Below, piece after piece: positions 40,964 through 49,804 of a DNA stretch of 64,000 nucleotides; position 1 is the stretch's first letter, and each line of letters opens with the position of its first letter. The position numbers and the translations under genes are program-made. This DNA comes from Pelagomonas calceolata (lineage: Eukaryota). The notes below the pieces were generated by a model. The model searched no databases, had not been told where the DNA came from, and worked only from the letters and a program-made list of their open reading frames with translations. The stretch spans positions 2,666,001 to 2,730,000 of the forward strand of contig CAKKNE010000002.1 of the NCBI GenBank assembly GCA_918797485.1, given 5' to 3'.

Positions 40964-41870
40964 ATGCCGATGTATTACAAGCGCTCCTCGCCACCGAGCC
41001 CGACGCGCGGCTCGGGTGCTGGCAAAGGATTGTCGACGCGGAAGTCGATCATCGTTTGGGCGTCGACGGCGCTAATGTCCTCGCCGGCGGACTCCGCGTC
41101 TTTCAGGTCACTTGCACGCGCGCGCCCGATGGACATCGCCACGTCATCGAGCGGGCGTCGCGTCGACGGCGTGGAGGTCACGATTCAGCACCACATCGCC
41201 ACGCCATCGAGCAGGCGTCGCGTCGATGGCGTGGAGGCCATGTTCAGCAGTGTTGGAGACGCGCCGCGACAATTTGATTTCTACACGGATAGGGACCACC
41301 CACCCTTTCCCTTTATACGCCCACGTGTCGTCCTTCAAGTTGACCTCAAGGGACGCGGGATGGTTGTCTTGACCACCACGCTAAAAGGCTTCAAGTGGAA
41401 CATAGGGTGCAGTATTCCCAGAAGCTGCGGAGCAAGTTTGCTTTTTTAAGCACGGACAAGATGCAACGGTCGGCTCCTACGCTTATTATGGCGATGAATG
41501 ATCTCGGTAGCCATTTTAATTTTGGGATAAGAGGCAACACGGCCTGCTGCCTCAATATACTAGAAGTCATAGTAGGTTCTTGGAAAACGAAACGCAACAC
41601 ATGGGTTGTGCACAGCTGCCTGCGGTACGAGTCAATGGACCCGGGCGACCTCTCCGACATTCAGCCCGGGAGCAAAGAAAAAGGGAAAAAAGGAGAAAGT
41701 CTACTAACACGCCAACAGTACGGTGCGCTCGTCGGCAACGACTTGCGCTTTCTTAACGTATTAAAGGCTATGGTCACGACGCGCCCGAGGGCATCATTGA
41801 TGAAATCGCCGACGCCGTGGAGGAGGCCATCGAGACCCTCGCCGAGGCCGAGATTGCGGTGGCCCTCTAG
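40964..41870 (+). pseudogene. Possible degenerate gene (several overlapping frames) carrying an introner remnant
   Basis: Coding-like pieces in different frames, ending ...KGYGHDAPEGIIDEIADAVEEAIETLAEAEIAVAL*. Lower GC than its neighbours. Confidence 0.35.
41107..41292 (+). mobile_element. Introner-family remnant with an internal 60-nt tandem duplication
   Basis: cag|gtcac donor; two copies of acatcgccacg(t/c)catcgagc(g/a)ggcgtcgcgtcga(c/t)ggcgtggagg at 41133 and 41193; ends ttgatttctacacgg-atag. Confidence 0.7.
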
Positions 41871-42155
41871 GCCGCACCCGAAGGACGTTTCCATGACGGC
41901 GGCGCGCATCACGTCGACGCGTGCCGCCCGAGCCTAATGTCCCTGTGTAAGGCTTTGTGGGTTGCCTAGACAAAACTTTCATCTATTTTTGGGGTTTATT
42001 GGGATTAAAATTCGTTAGGGGGAGCCAGATGCCAACCGAGCAACGCGAGGTGGGCATCTGGCACCCCCTATATCTCTCGCTATCGCCCCCGCCCAGGGTA
42101 ACGTCGCCGAGCATTATAAGACAAATAACACCATTAAACAAAAAACCACGATCGA

Positions 42156-42503
42156 TCAGACGACCGTCTCCCCCGTCCGCGCCGCGGCGAGCAAAGACTC
42201 CGGCGGCTCCGCGGCACGCGCGTAGCGCTTCCGCGACCGGACTCCCAACAAAAGAGCCATGACGGCGCCGCTGCCGCAAGCCGCCGCCGTGGCGAGGAAC
42301 GTCGTGCCAAAGCAGGCCGCGCCGGCGCAGCCGTCGTCGTCGGCGTGCTTTGAGTATACCGCAGGCGCGAGGATGGTCGAGAATAAGACCGCGGCCAAAC
42401 TCACCGCCGGGAGGATCAACGCGTAATTTGCACCAAAATGTTTCCGCCCGAATAAATCCGCGGCGAGCGTGGGAATCAGCGTCCAGATGGCCCCGTAGGC
42501 CGC
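42156..42503 (-). pseudogene. Orphan 3' fragment of an MFS (nodulin-like/MCH1-type) transporter
   Basis: AAYGAIWTLIPTLAADLFGRKHFGANYALIL...CAGAACFGTTFL. The upstream frame has no ATG and closes at a TAA. Confidence 0.6.
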
Positions 42504-42666
42504 CCGTTTTCGCTCGGCACGGGTTTTGGAAAGTTTCGGCGCGACGGGGAGCTGGGACCCGCCGCGGATTACCTCAGTTTAGCACGAGGCACCCAGGGTC
42601 AGTCGTCCGGGACCGTGACGTGGGAGGGGCGGGCCGCGTGCAGAGACAAAAAGATAGAAACAGCCA

Positions 42667-43533
42667 TTAGAAGAGACTCCTCCCCGCGGCGCAGAGCCCG
42701 ACCCCCGCCGCCTCCAGGTCGTCGCAGCAGCCGTCCCCGTCGAGGTCGTGGCCGAAGACGATCTCGTCGACCGACGTGCGCCGCGCCGGCGCATGCTTCA
42801 CGATCTTCAGCTGGTAGCCGCCGTCGACTAACCCGGGGTGCGACCGGCGCTGCGCCTCGTCGCCGCGCGGGACCAGCGAACTCTTGTTCCAGCCCCGCCG
42901 GCGCCGGCCCAGCCGCCGCGTCATCGACGTCGCGCCGCTCGCGACGGATCCGGCCGTCACGGGACGCACCGGCAGGCGCCGCGCGTAGACGACGCCGCCC
43001 GTCGTCGGCCGGAACGCCGCCAGCCCCTCCCGCCGCGAGGGCAGCGCGCCCGGCGCGGCGTCGACCATGCCGTTCCGTCGCGATAGATTGTTGTAGGTGG
43101 CCCGCGCGCGGAAGGGCGCCGGCGGCGCGGACCGCGGCCGCACGGGCCGCGCGCTCTTCGGGCGCCCCGTCGCGCTCGTCGCCGTCGAGGCGCCCGCCGT
43201 CGACGCGCCCATCGTCGACGCGCCGGTCGTCGACCCGCCCGCCGACGCGTCGTCCTTCATCACGGTCAGAGGCCGGGGCCGCAGCCAGCGCTTCTGCTCC
43301 TCATCTACACATGTCTCGTGGAGCGGCCGGCAGTAGGTCGTGCGGTCCCAGGGCTTGGCCTTCTCGCGGTAGACGCGCGCCGTCCGCGGCCGCGCGCGCT
43401 CTCTTGTAAAGGTCTCGCGGCGCTTCGCGTCGAGGCGCTGCTGGCGCGTCACTCGTCGCGGCTGCGGGAAGCCGCGCGTCGACGCAGTGTAGGACGTGCC
43501 CCCGTCGGTTGTGTAGCCGTCGGTCTCGCTCAT
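42667..43533 (-). CDS. Hypothetical basic low-complexity protein (288 aa)
   Basis: ATG-started ORF with GC3-rich codons. Confidence 0.55.
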   Translation of the reverse strand: MSETDGYTTDGGTSYTASTRGFPQPRRVTRQQRLDAKRRETFTRERARPRTARVYREKAKPWDRTTYCRPLHETCVDEEQKRWLRPRPLTVMKDDASAGGSTTGASTMGASTAGASTATSATGRPKSARPVRPRSAPPAPFRARATYNNLSRRNGMVDAAPGALPSRREGLAAFRPTTGGVVYARRLPVRPVTAGSVASGATSMTRRLGRRRRGWNKSSLVPRGDEAQRRSHPGLVDGGYQLKIVKHAPARRTSVDEIVFGHDLDGDGCCDDLEAAGVGLCAAGRSLF

Positions 43534-44017
43534 GGTGTTGGGTCTGTTAGGCTTTGCTTATCGCGAAGCGGCCGCGTCGATGGCGTGCTGGTCTGTTAGG
43601 CTTTGCCTCGCACTGTTAAGCGGCGCTAGCGGAGGGCTGCCCCGTGGAGAGCCGGTGTCTGCAGGTCTCACGTGCTTCAAGCTGCTGGCCTTACGTGCTT
43701 CACGGCTGTGTGTGCTTGCGTTTTGATCGGAGAGCTTGGCGCTGCAGGCAGAGGGCGCTACGATCGCGAGGCGGGCCGGCCCGAGAATACCACTCTCATC
43801 CGTGCCGGCGAGGCCTGAGCGATCGGCCGAGCGCTCGGGACGCGTAAACAATCGCGCAAAAACCGCACCCTCTCCCATCACCGAAGCAGCGTTCGCGCCG
43901 CACTGCGCAAACGCACACCGCCTATTTTGCGAGTTGAGCGTAATAAATACTCGCAGGCTTGGCCACAACACGAAGGACCAAAAAAGGGCAGCAATAACAC
44001 ACAAAAGGGCAGCAGCA

Positions 44018-44581
44018 ATGGCGCAGGAGCCCCTCACCTACGACGAGTGGGTCCAACGGGCCGCGTCGGAAGAGGTGCCGCCGCCCGCCGACGGCGTGCT
44101 CCACTTCGGGGAACGCGCGGCGCTCGTCGAGCAGCTGAGCTACCTGAAACGGCGCAACGCGAAGCTCTCGCGGCAGCAGCGCGCTGTGCTGCTGGCGGCC
44201 TGCGAGGCCCAGGCGGCGCACGCGCGCTGCGCCGACTTCGCCGGCGAATTGTTGTCGAAGAGCGGCGACAACGAGGACCTCAATCGGTTGACACAGGAGA
44301 ACGCGGAGCTCAGACGAAAGACCGCGGCGCTCGCGGACTATGTCAGGCGGACGGCGCCCGCCGAGGAGGGGCACGTGGACTCGGACACGACCTCGTCGGA
44401 TGATGATGATGATGATGACGACGAGGTGCTGCCGCCTCCACCTTCAGATGACGTGCGGCCGTCGTGCCTCGGCGACGACGACCGGCGGCGCTGCGAGTGG
44501 GGCGCTTTCGTCGCTGGCGTCGTCGGGGCCTTCGGCGCGCGGGACGACAAGCACATCCCTCAATGGTCTGATGGCATCTAG
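44018..44581 (+). CDS. Hypothetical coiled-coil protein with an acidic tract
   Basis: MAQEPLTYDEW..., poly-D tract, GC3-rich codons. Confidence 0.6.
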   Translation: MAQEPLTYDEWVQRAASEEVPPPADGVLHFGERAALVEQLSYLKRRNAKLSRQQRAVLLAACEAQAAHARCADFAGELLSKSGDNEDLNRLTQENAELRRKTAALADYVRRTAPAEEGHVDSDTTSSDDDDDDDDEVLPPPPSDDVRPSCLGDDDRRRCEWGAFVAGVVGAFGARDDKHIPQWSDGI

Positions 44582-45514
44582 ATTCGAACGCGTGTGCGGT
44601 ATTAAGGGCTACTCGTACGACGTCGCCGCGGCGGCGCGTGCGGCGCTGGGGCTATAAGTTCCTGATTTGTTTTATTACTACCTCGTCGCCTCGTCGCCGC
44701 CGAGAATGATTCAAGGTACATCCACGACTCCGCCTGCGCAGACACTAAAAAAAATTCCTTGGGCCTGGGAGATGCTGATGAGATGCTGGGAAGCGCTGCA
44801 CGCAAACGCTGCCTGCCGGCCCGCGTGGCTAACTCGATGGCGCAGCAGCGCCTCGACAGCGCCGCGGCGCGCCGCGAAAGCGGGCGCGCTCCTCTCGATA
44901 GCTTGTGTGTTGCCCCCTCATCTCCAGCTGCCCCAGTGGCGAGACTAGGTGCCGAGTACTGGGGCGGAGATAGGCCGCGACGCGGCCGCGGGCGGGCCAC
45001 CAGACGGGCGTTGCGTTCTTGTGGGAGCGGAGGGATGCTTTATGGTGAGGCGCGGGCAGGAGCGCGTCGATGACACCTCGCGACCGCGGCTTGACTTGAT
45101 GTTCAGGCAGCGGTCGCCTTGTGTTTGTGACTGTTCCCGTGACGTCCGCGAGCGTTGCTCGTGATGCCCCCTCCCTACCTTACCCCCACCCCCTACCCCT
45201 ATCTGAAAAGCTACCCACACTGCTGCCATAATCCAGCCCAGAAACGCGCCACCCAACGCGCTATCAGTGCTTGCGAGCTAGCGGTTACCTTACTGATAGC
45301 TGACGACCTCGCCTGCGAAGTCTCCTTGCCTCAAGTGCATCAGTGCAAGAGGAGGCTCTCTCTGGTTTGAAAACTCCTGGTGCTGCACTCGCGGCACGGC
45401 GCACGCCGCGCGCTGGAACACTGCTGAAAGTACTGTTGCGTTACTGCGCTGCAGCCGCTCCGTCATTTCGTGCCATACTCATCGAGACGTCGTCGAACGT
45501 GCGTACGATCGAAG

Positions 45515-47350
45515 ATGCCCCCCCCCGTCTACGACACCGATCTCGCGAGGATCATCAAGAAAACGGAGGACGAGACCGGCCTGCAGGCGCCGCTCTTCGG
45601 CGAGTTGACGCAAGAGGCCGCGTATGAAGGCAAACACTGGCGCGCTATCGGCAAGGCATGGCGCGGCCGCACCGGCAAAACGGCCTTCCTGGCCTACCGA
45701 GAACGCTTCCCGGACAAGGACAATGCGTATGCCGCCCGCTACGACGACTCGACGAAAGAAGCGGTGCTGCGCGGCGAGCACGACGATGCGCTGAAACGGG
45801 CGGTGGCGTACTGCCACCTGAAAAGCTTAGATATCTGGAAGTACGCCTACAAGTTCGTGGCCCTCGACGTCGACGCGCCAACCATCTACCAGCGGCTCAA
45901 GGCGCTCGACGCGACGCGACAGAAAAAGATCTGGCGCTCGGAGCTGCAGGCCGAGGTGGACGCGCTGAAAGAGGAGTTCGACGGCAAGACGTTCTTCGAC
46001 GACGAGGACGTGCAGAACGTCGTCGTCACGATCGGCTTCCGCGAGGGCGAGGACGAGGGCGTGCACGACCCCGACCCCTGCCTGTTGTGCCGCTTCTCCA
46101 CGGACTGCGACGACGTCGAGCTGGAGCCGCTCGCGCCCGAGGACGTCCGCGACTGGATCGCCGGGCGCTCGCCGCCGGAACCCGTCGTGGTGGTGGAGGC
46201 GGAGAAGGTGCTGCCGCCCGTGCCGGAGCCGCCGAAGCCGCCGCCGCCGCCGCCGACGCGCGCGGGGCTGAAGCGGGCCGCGGCGAAGACCGCGAAGAGC
46301 GGAGGCATGAAGAAGGTTAATGAGGCGCGCTCCAAGAAGGCGCGCCGCGACAAGGAGGCCGACGAGGAGGAGAGGCCGCACGACGTCGAACCGGACGACG
46401 AGGCGTGGGCGAGGTGGGCTCCGTTCCTCAACGTCGCCGAAGGCGACACGCGCGCGACGGTCGTCGACCGCCGCGCCCTCCGCGCGACCATCGGCAGCGG
46501 CGCCTCGCTGCTGCGCCTCGACGACGTCAAGACGTCGGTGACGCGGCGCATCGACGCGTTCACGCCGCAGAACCCGCCGAGGGGCGGCGTGCCGCGCGAG
46601 CCGTTCCGCTGTCTGACGCGCATTGGACTGGCGCGCTTCGCGGTCGTGGGCGACCCGGACCGCACGAAGATGAAGCTGGTCGTCGATTACCTCCGGGAGC
46701 TCGTCAACGGGCTCACGTTCGTCGGAAACTTCGGCGACGGCGACGGAGCGAGGGCCTGGATCGCGCCGGGCGTCATGGCGGGGCGGCGCCGCGCGAACTG
46801 CACGACGATATGTTTCGGCCACTGCAGCGACGGCACGCTGTCGGACCACAAGAAGGCGGTGCTGGCGTTTCTCGCGGGCGCGGCGGACGAGGCGTCGGGC
46901 GAGCTCGAGGCGGCGTTGTTGTGGTTTATTGACTTCATCAAGAACTGCTTCGCGACGCGCACGGTCGATCTGGAGCTCGTGCTCTACGGGCCGGGCCAGG
47001 AGGGCAACGTCCACGACGACAAGGAGGAGCCCACGAAGAAGCGCAACGGCGTCGTCGTTGCCGGGACCGTCGAGTTCCGCGCCGCGTGCTCGGTCGACGG
47101 CGACCGCACGATGTCGATCCACGACAAGCGCGGCCACCTCGTGACGCTCCCGCGCACGACCGGTACCGGCGTGGTCTTCGTCGCCGGCGCGCACACGCGC
47201 CAGCGCGGCATCGTCAAGCACCGGAACGACGCCGGCACCGCGCCCGGCGCGACGCTCATCGTCACGCTCCGCGCCGACGTCTCCAACGCCTTCGAGCGCA
47301 TGTCGCCGGTCGAGCGCCTCTTCGCGCACGCCGGCATCGCGCTATTCTAG
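45515..47350 (+). CDS. Uncharacterised protein: Myb/SANT-like N-terminus and AlkB-type 2OG-Fe(II) oxygenase-like C-terminus
   Basis: GKHWRAIGKAWRGRTG (Myb-like); LYGPGQEGNVHDD...VKHR...LIVTLR (HxD..H..R). Domain calls are tentative. Confidence 0.6.
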   Translation: MPPPVYDTDLARIIKKTEDETGLQAPLFGELTQEAAYEGKHWRAIGKAWRGRTGKTAFLAYRERFPDKDNAYAARYDDSTKEAVLRGEHDDALKRAVAYCHLKSLDIWKYAYKFVALDVDAPTIYQRLKALDATRQKKIWRSELQAEVDALKEEFDGKTFFDDEDVQNVVVTIGFREGEDEGVHDPDPCLLCRFSTDCDDVELEPLAPEDVRDWIAGRSPPEPVVVVEAEKVLPPVPEPPKPPPPPPTRAGLKRAAAKTAKSGGMKKVNEARSKKARRDKEADEEERPHDVEPDDEAWARWAPFLNVAEGDTRATVVDRRALRATIGSGASLLRLDDVKTSVTRRIDAFTPQNPPRGGVPREPFRCLTRIGLARFAVVGDPDRTKMKLVVDYLRELVNGLTFVGNFGDGDGARAWIAPGVMAGRRRANCTTICFGHCSDGTLSDHKKAVLAFLAGAADEASGELEAALLWFIDFIKNCFATRTVDLELVLYGPGQEGNVHDDKEEPTKKRNGVVVAGTVEFRAACSVDGDRTMSIHDKRGHLVTLPRTTGTGVVFVAGAHTRQRGIVKHRNDAGTAPGATLIVTLRADVSNAFERMSPVERLFAHAGIALF

Positions 47351-47378
47351 GCGTCGGTGCTTGTCTAGACTAATAAAC

Positions 47379-48341
47379 TTATCCAAACTCCATCTCCAAA
47401 TCCACGACCACGGGGTAGTGGTCCGACGCGTCGCTGTCCACGCGTCGGTAGTCAACGACGCGACATCGTTTGTGGAGCGCGGCGTTCAACAGGACGTGGT
47501 CGATGCGGAAGAGCGGGTTCGCCGTCCAGCACGTCGGCTCGATGTTAAACCCCGCGCCGGCGTCGACGAAACCCTCGGCGTACGCCGCGTCTAAAGCCAA
47601 AGCGTCCTCGCCTGGCGCCGGCCAGCCCCGCTTTTCATAAAATTTCAAGATGCGGTCCCACGCTTCAGAAGAATGGTCCCTCCTCTGAAACGCGTTGAGG
47701 TCGCCGCAAATCAAATGCAAGGCCGGCGCGTTGCGCTTCAGTTCGTCCAGGAACAAGGTCAGCTGCTTCTCGCGGAGCGGGTCCGCTTTATGGTCCAGAT
47801 GCGCGGCGCACACGCCAATACGCTCGTCGCCGACGGCGACGCTCGCCCAGACGGCGGCCCTCGCTTCCACGCTGTCGCGCGGCTGCTCGCCCAGTAAAAT
47901 ATCGCCCGGCGCGGGCCGCGCTATCACATGACCGGCGTCGAGGATCGGCCTCCGCGACAGGATGGCGTTGCCGAAGGCGCAGTTCCCGAAGAAGCACTGC
48001 TCCCGCTCCGCTTCCACAAACACCACGTGCGGCGTCCCCAGCGCCGCCGCCAGGCGCTGCAAGTAGCCTTCCCGCGGCGCGCACTCGACAATAGCGTGGC
48101 CGACGCCGGCGCGCTTCTTCACGGCTTCAAAGTAGGACGCGGGCTGGCGGGCGCCGTCGTACGGCTGCAGCACCTCGTTCAGGCAGATCACGTCCGCGTC
48201 CACGGCGAGGCACGTGTCCGCGACGCGCTGCAGGTTGTCCACGTGGTCGCCGTCGCGCCACGCGTGGATGTTGTAGGTGAGGATGCGGAGGCGTTCTTTT
48301 CTTAGGGCGCTTGCTGCTGCCAGGCAGAGGAGGAGCCTCAT
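47379..48341 (-). CDS. Endonuclease/exonuclease/phosphatase family protein with signal peptide
   Basis: ILTYNIH, DVICLNEV, GNAILSR, AAHLD, CGDLN, RIDHVL, SDHYPV. Confidence 0.9.
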   Translation of the reverse strand: MRLLLCLAAASALRKERLRILTYNIHAWRDGDHVDNLQRVADTCLAVDADVICLNEVLQPYDGARQPASYFEAVKKRAGVGHAIVECAPREGYLQRLAAALGTPHVVFVEAEREQCFFGNCAFGNAILSRRPILDAGHVIARPAPGDILLGEQPRDSVEARAAVWASVAVGDERIGVCAAHLDHKADPLREKQLTLFLDELKRNAPALHLICGDLNAFQRRDHSSEAWDRILKFYEKRGWPAPGEDALALDAAYAEGFVDAGAGFNIEPTCWTANPLFRIDHVLLNAALHKRCRVVDYRRVDSDASDHYPVVVDLEMEFG

Positions 48342-48483
48342 GCTCTCCCTGTGCCCCTGACAATTGCTTTTCGGTTTTGTGCTGCGTCCAGAAATGCGTT
48401 GCGAGTTATCGTGCAATATATCGTAATTATATATTGCAGCTAGCCCGCTCGGCCAAGCTGCAGCCCAGCCCTGGCTCGGTCTG

Positions 48484-48505
48484 CTAGTGTCTTACAGACC
48501 GCTAG
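48484..48505 (+). promoter_or_regulatory. CTAGTGTCTTAC-N5-GCTAG motif, copy 7
   Basis: In the divergent EEP/hypothetical gap. Confidence 0.6.
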
Positions 48506-48603
48506 CTCGAGACGGCCGTAAACACTATATAGAGACCCACCGGCCCTCGCCACGTGACGGCTATTCCGCTCGGTCAGGCAAAACATTTAAACCGATCACC
48601 GAT

Positions 48604-49554
48604 ATGGGCGGCGGCCTAAATGATCTCGAGTTGGAGACCGAGACCTTGGATGAAGTTTGCCTCTCGCCGCTCCCGGCCGCGCGGCGCCGCCCCGTCAAGC
48701 CGACGCAAGGCGAATTAGACGCGCCGCCGGCACGCGGCGCGCGCCGACTCGGCTCGGGCGTCGCCCTCGGCGTGACGCTGATCCTGGCGTTGATTACGTG
48801 GGTCTCGCTACGCGTTGATACGCCGCCGAAGGCGCGCGCGGCCCCCGACTTGGTATCCACTCCCCCGGCGGCGGCCGACGTTCCGGAGATCATCACCCCG
48901 GTCGCGGTTTCGTACGGCCGGCCGCACCCCTCCTCGCACGCCGCGCAACACGCGCACCATCGCCACGCGCACAACCACACGCACAATCACACGAGGTCAC
49001 ACGTCTCTCCCGTGGCCGACGTCGCGCCGGTCTCGGAAATTGTTGAGGCGCAGCTACCCGCCGCTCCTGTCGAGCCGCCTCTGCTCGATCTCCTTTCCGC
49101 GCCGTTGGACTTCAAGGTCTCGGACACGGCCGCGACGGAGATGCAGGAGGTCCAGAGCGTCGCCGATGCTGCGGCGACGGCGCTCCTTACGCCACTGGAG
49201 GGCTCGGAAACAGCCACGACGGAGGAAGTGCAGAGCACCGTCGCCGACGCCGCGGCGACGGCGCTGGTCGACGCGATGGCCGCGCTCAAGGAAGCCCAGG
49301 CCGCGGTGGCCGCCGCCGAGGAGCCCATCGATATCCAGAGCGTCTCGGAGAGTGAGCGGCGCCTCCAGGAAGTCGAGATGGAGGAGCCGATTCAGGCGCC
49401 GACGCCGCGTGAGCAAGAAGACGAGCCAATTCAGGCGCCGACGCCGCGTGAGCCGGAGGACGCGGAGCCCGAGATCGTGACGCCCGCGATCATGCGCCGG
49501 CGCCTCCGTGGCGGCGGCGGCGCGTCGTGGTGGGCCCGCCTGTTGAGAGTGTAG
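48604..49554 (+). CDS. Hypothetical single-pass membrane protein with a His-rich tract and internal repeats
   Basis: One TM segment (GVALGVTLILALITWV); EPIQAPTPRE twice; EVQS.VADAAATAL twice. Confidence 0.6.
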   Translation: MGGGLNDLELETETLDEVCLSPLPAARRRPVKPTQGELDAPPARGARRLGSGVALGVTLILALITWVSLRVDTPPKARAAPDLVSTPPAAADVPEIITPVAVSYGRPHPSSHAAQHAHHRHAHNHTHNHTRSHVSPVADVAPVSEIVEAQLPAAPVEPPLLDLLSAPLDFKVSDTAATEMQEVQSVADAAATALLTPLEGSETATTEEVQSTVADAAATALVDAMAALKEAQAAVAAAEEPIDIQSVSESERRLQEVEMEEPIQAPTPREQEDEPIQAPTPREPEDAEPEIVTPAIMRRRLRGGGGASWWARLLRV

Positions 49555-49804
49555 AGGTCGAGGTAAGGAGTGTTCGTGCAGGAGGACGGACAAGAGTTAC
49601 GGTGCTAGGACTAGTGGGAGCCCTTTAGCTAGCGTCGTCGCACACTAGGAACGCCAGCTCCGCAGACTGAACAGGCAGCTTGCTGACCCTTGGTTACGCC
49701 CGAATACGATACAAATCGTCTTGGCACAACGCATACTTGACGCCCAACCACAGCGAGAGGCGAAACCACCAGCACTTGGGCTCAAACGCTAAGAGAGCAT
49801 AGCG

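Noticed and set aside
45165..45202. C-rich ccctacc/ttaccc tract as an interstitial telomere
   Set aside because: Units are irregular and few; simple low-complexity sequence.
45827..47329. 500-aa antisense ORF, and many other long shadow ORFs such as 60376-61692 and 13261-14310
   Set aside because: These are antisense or alternative frames of GC3-rich genes, where stops are scarce; Arg/Ala-rich with no motifs.
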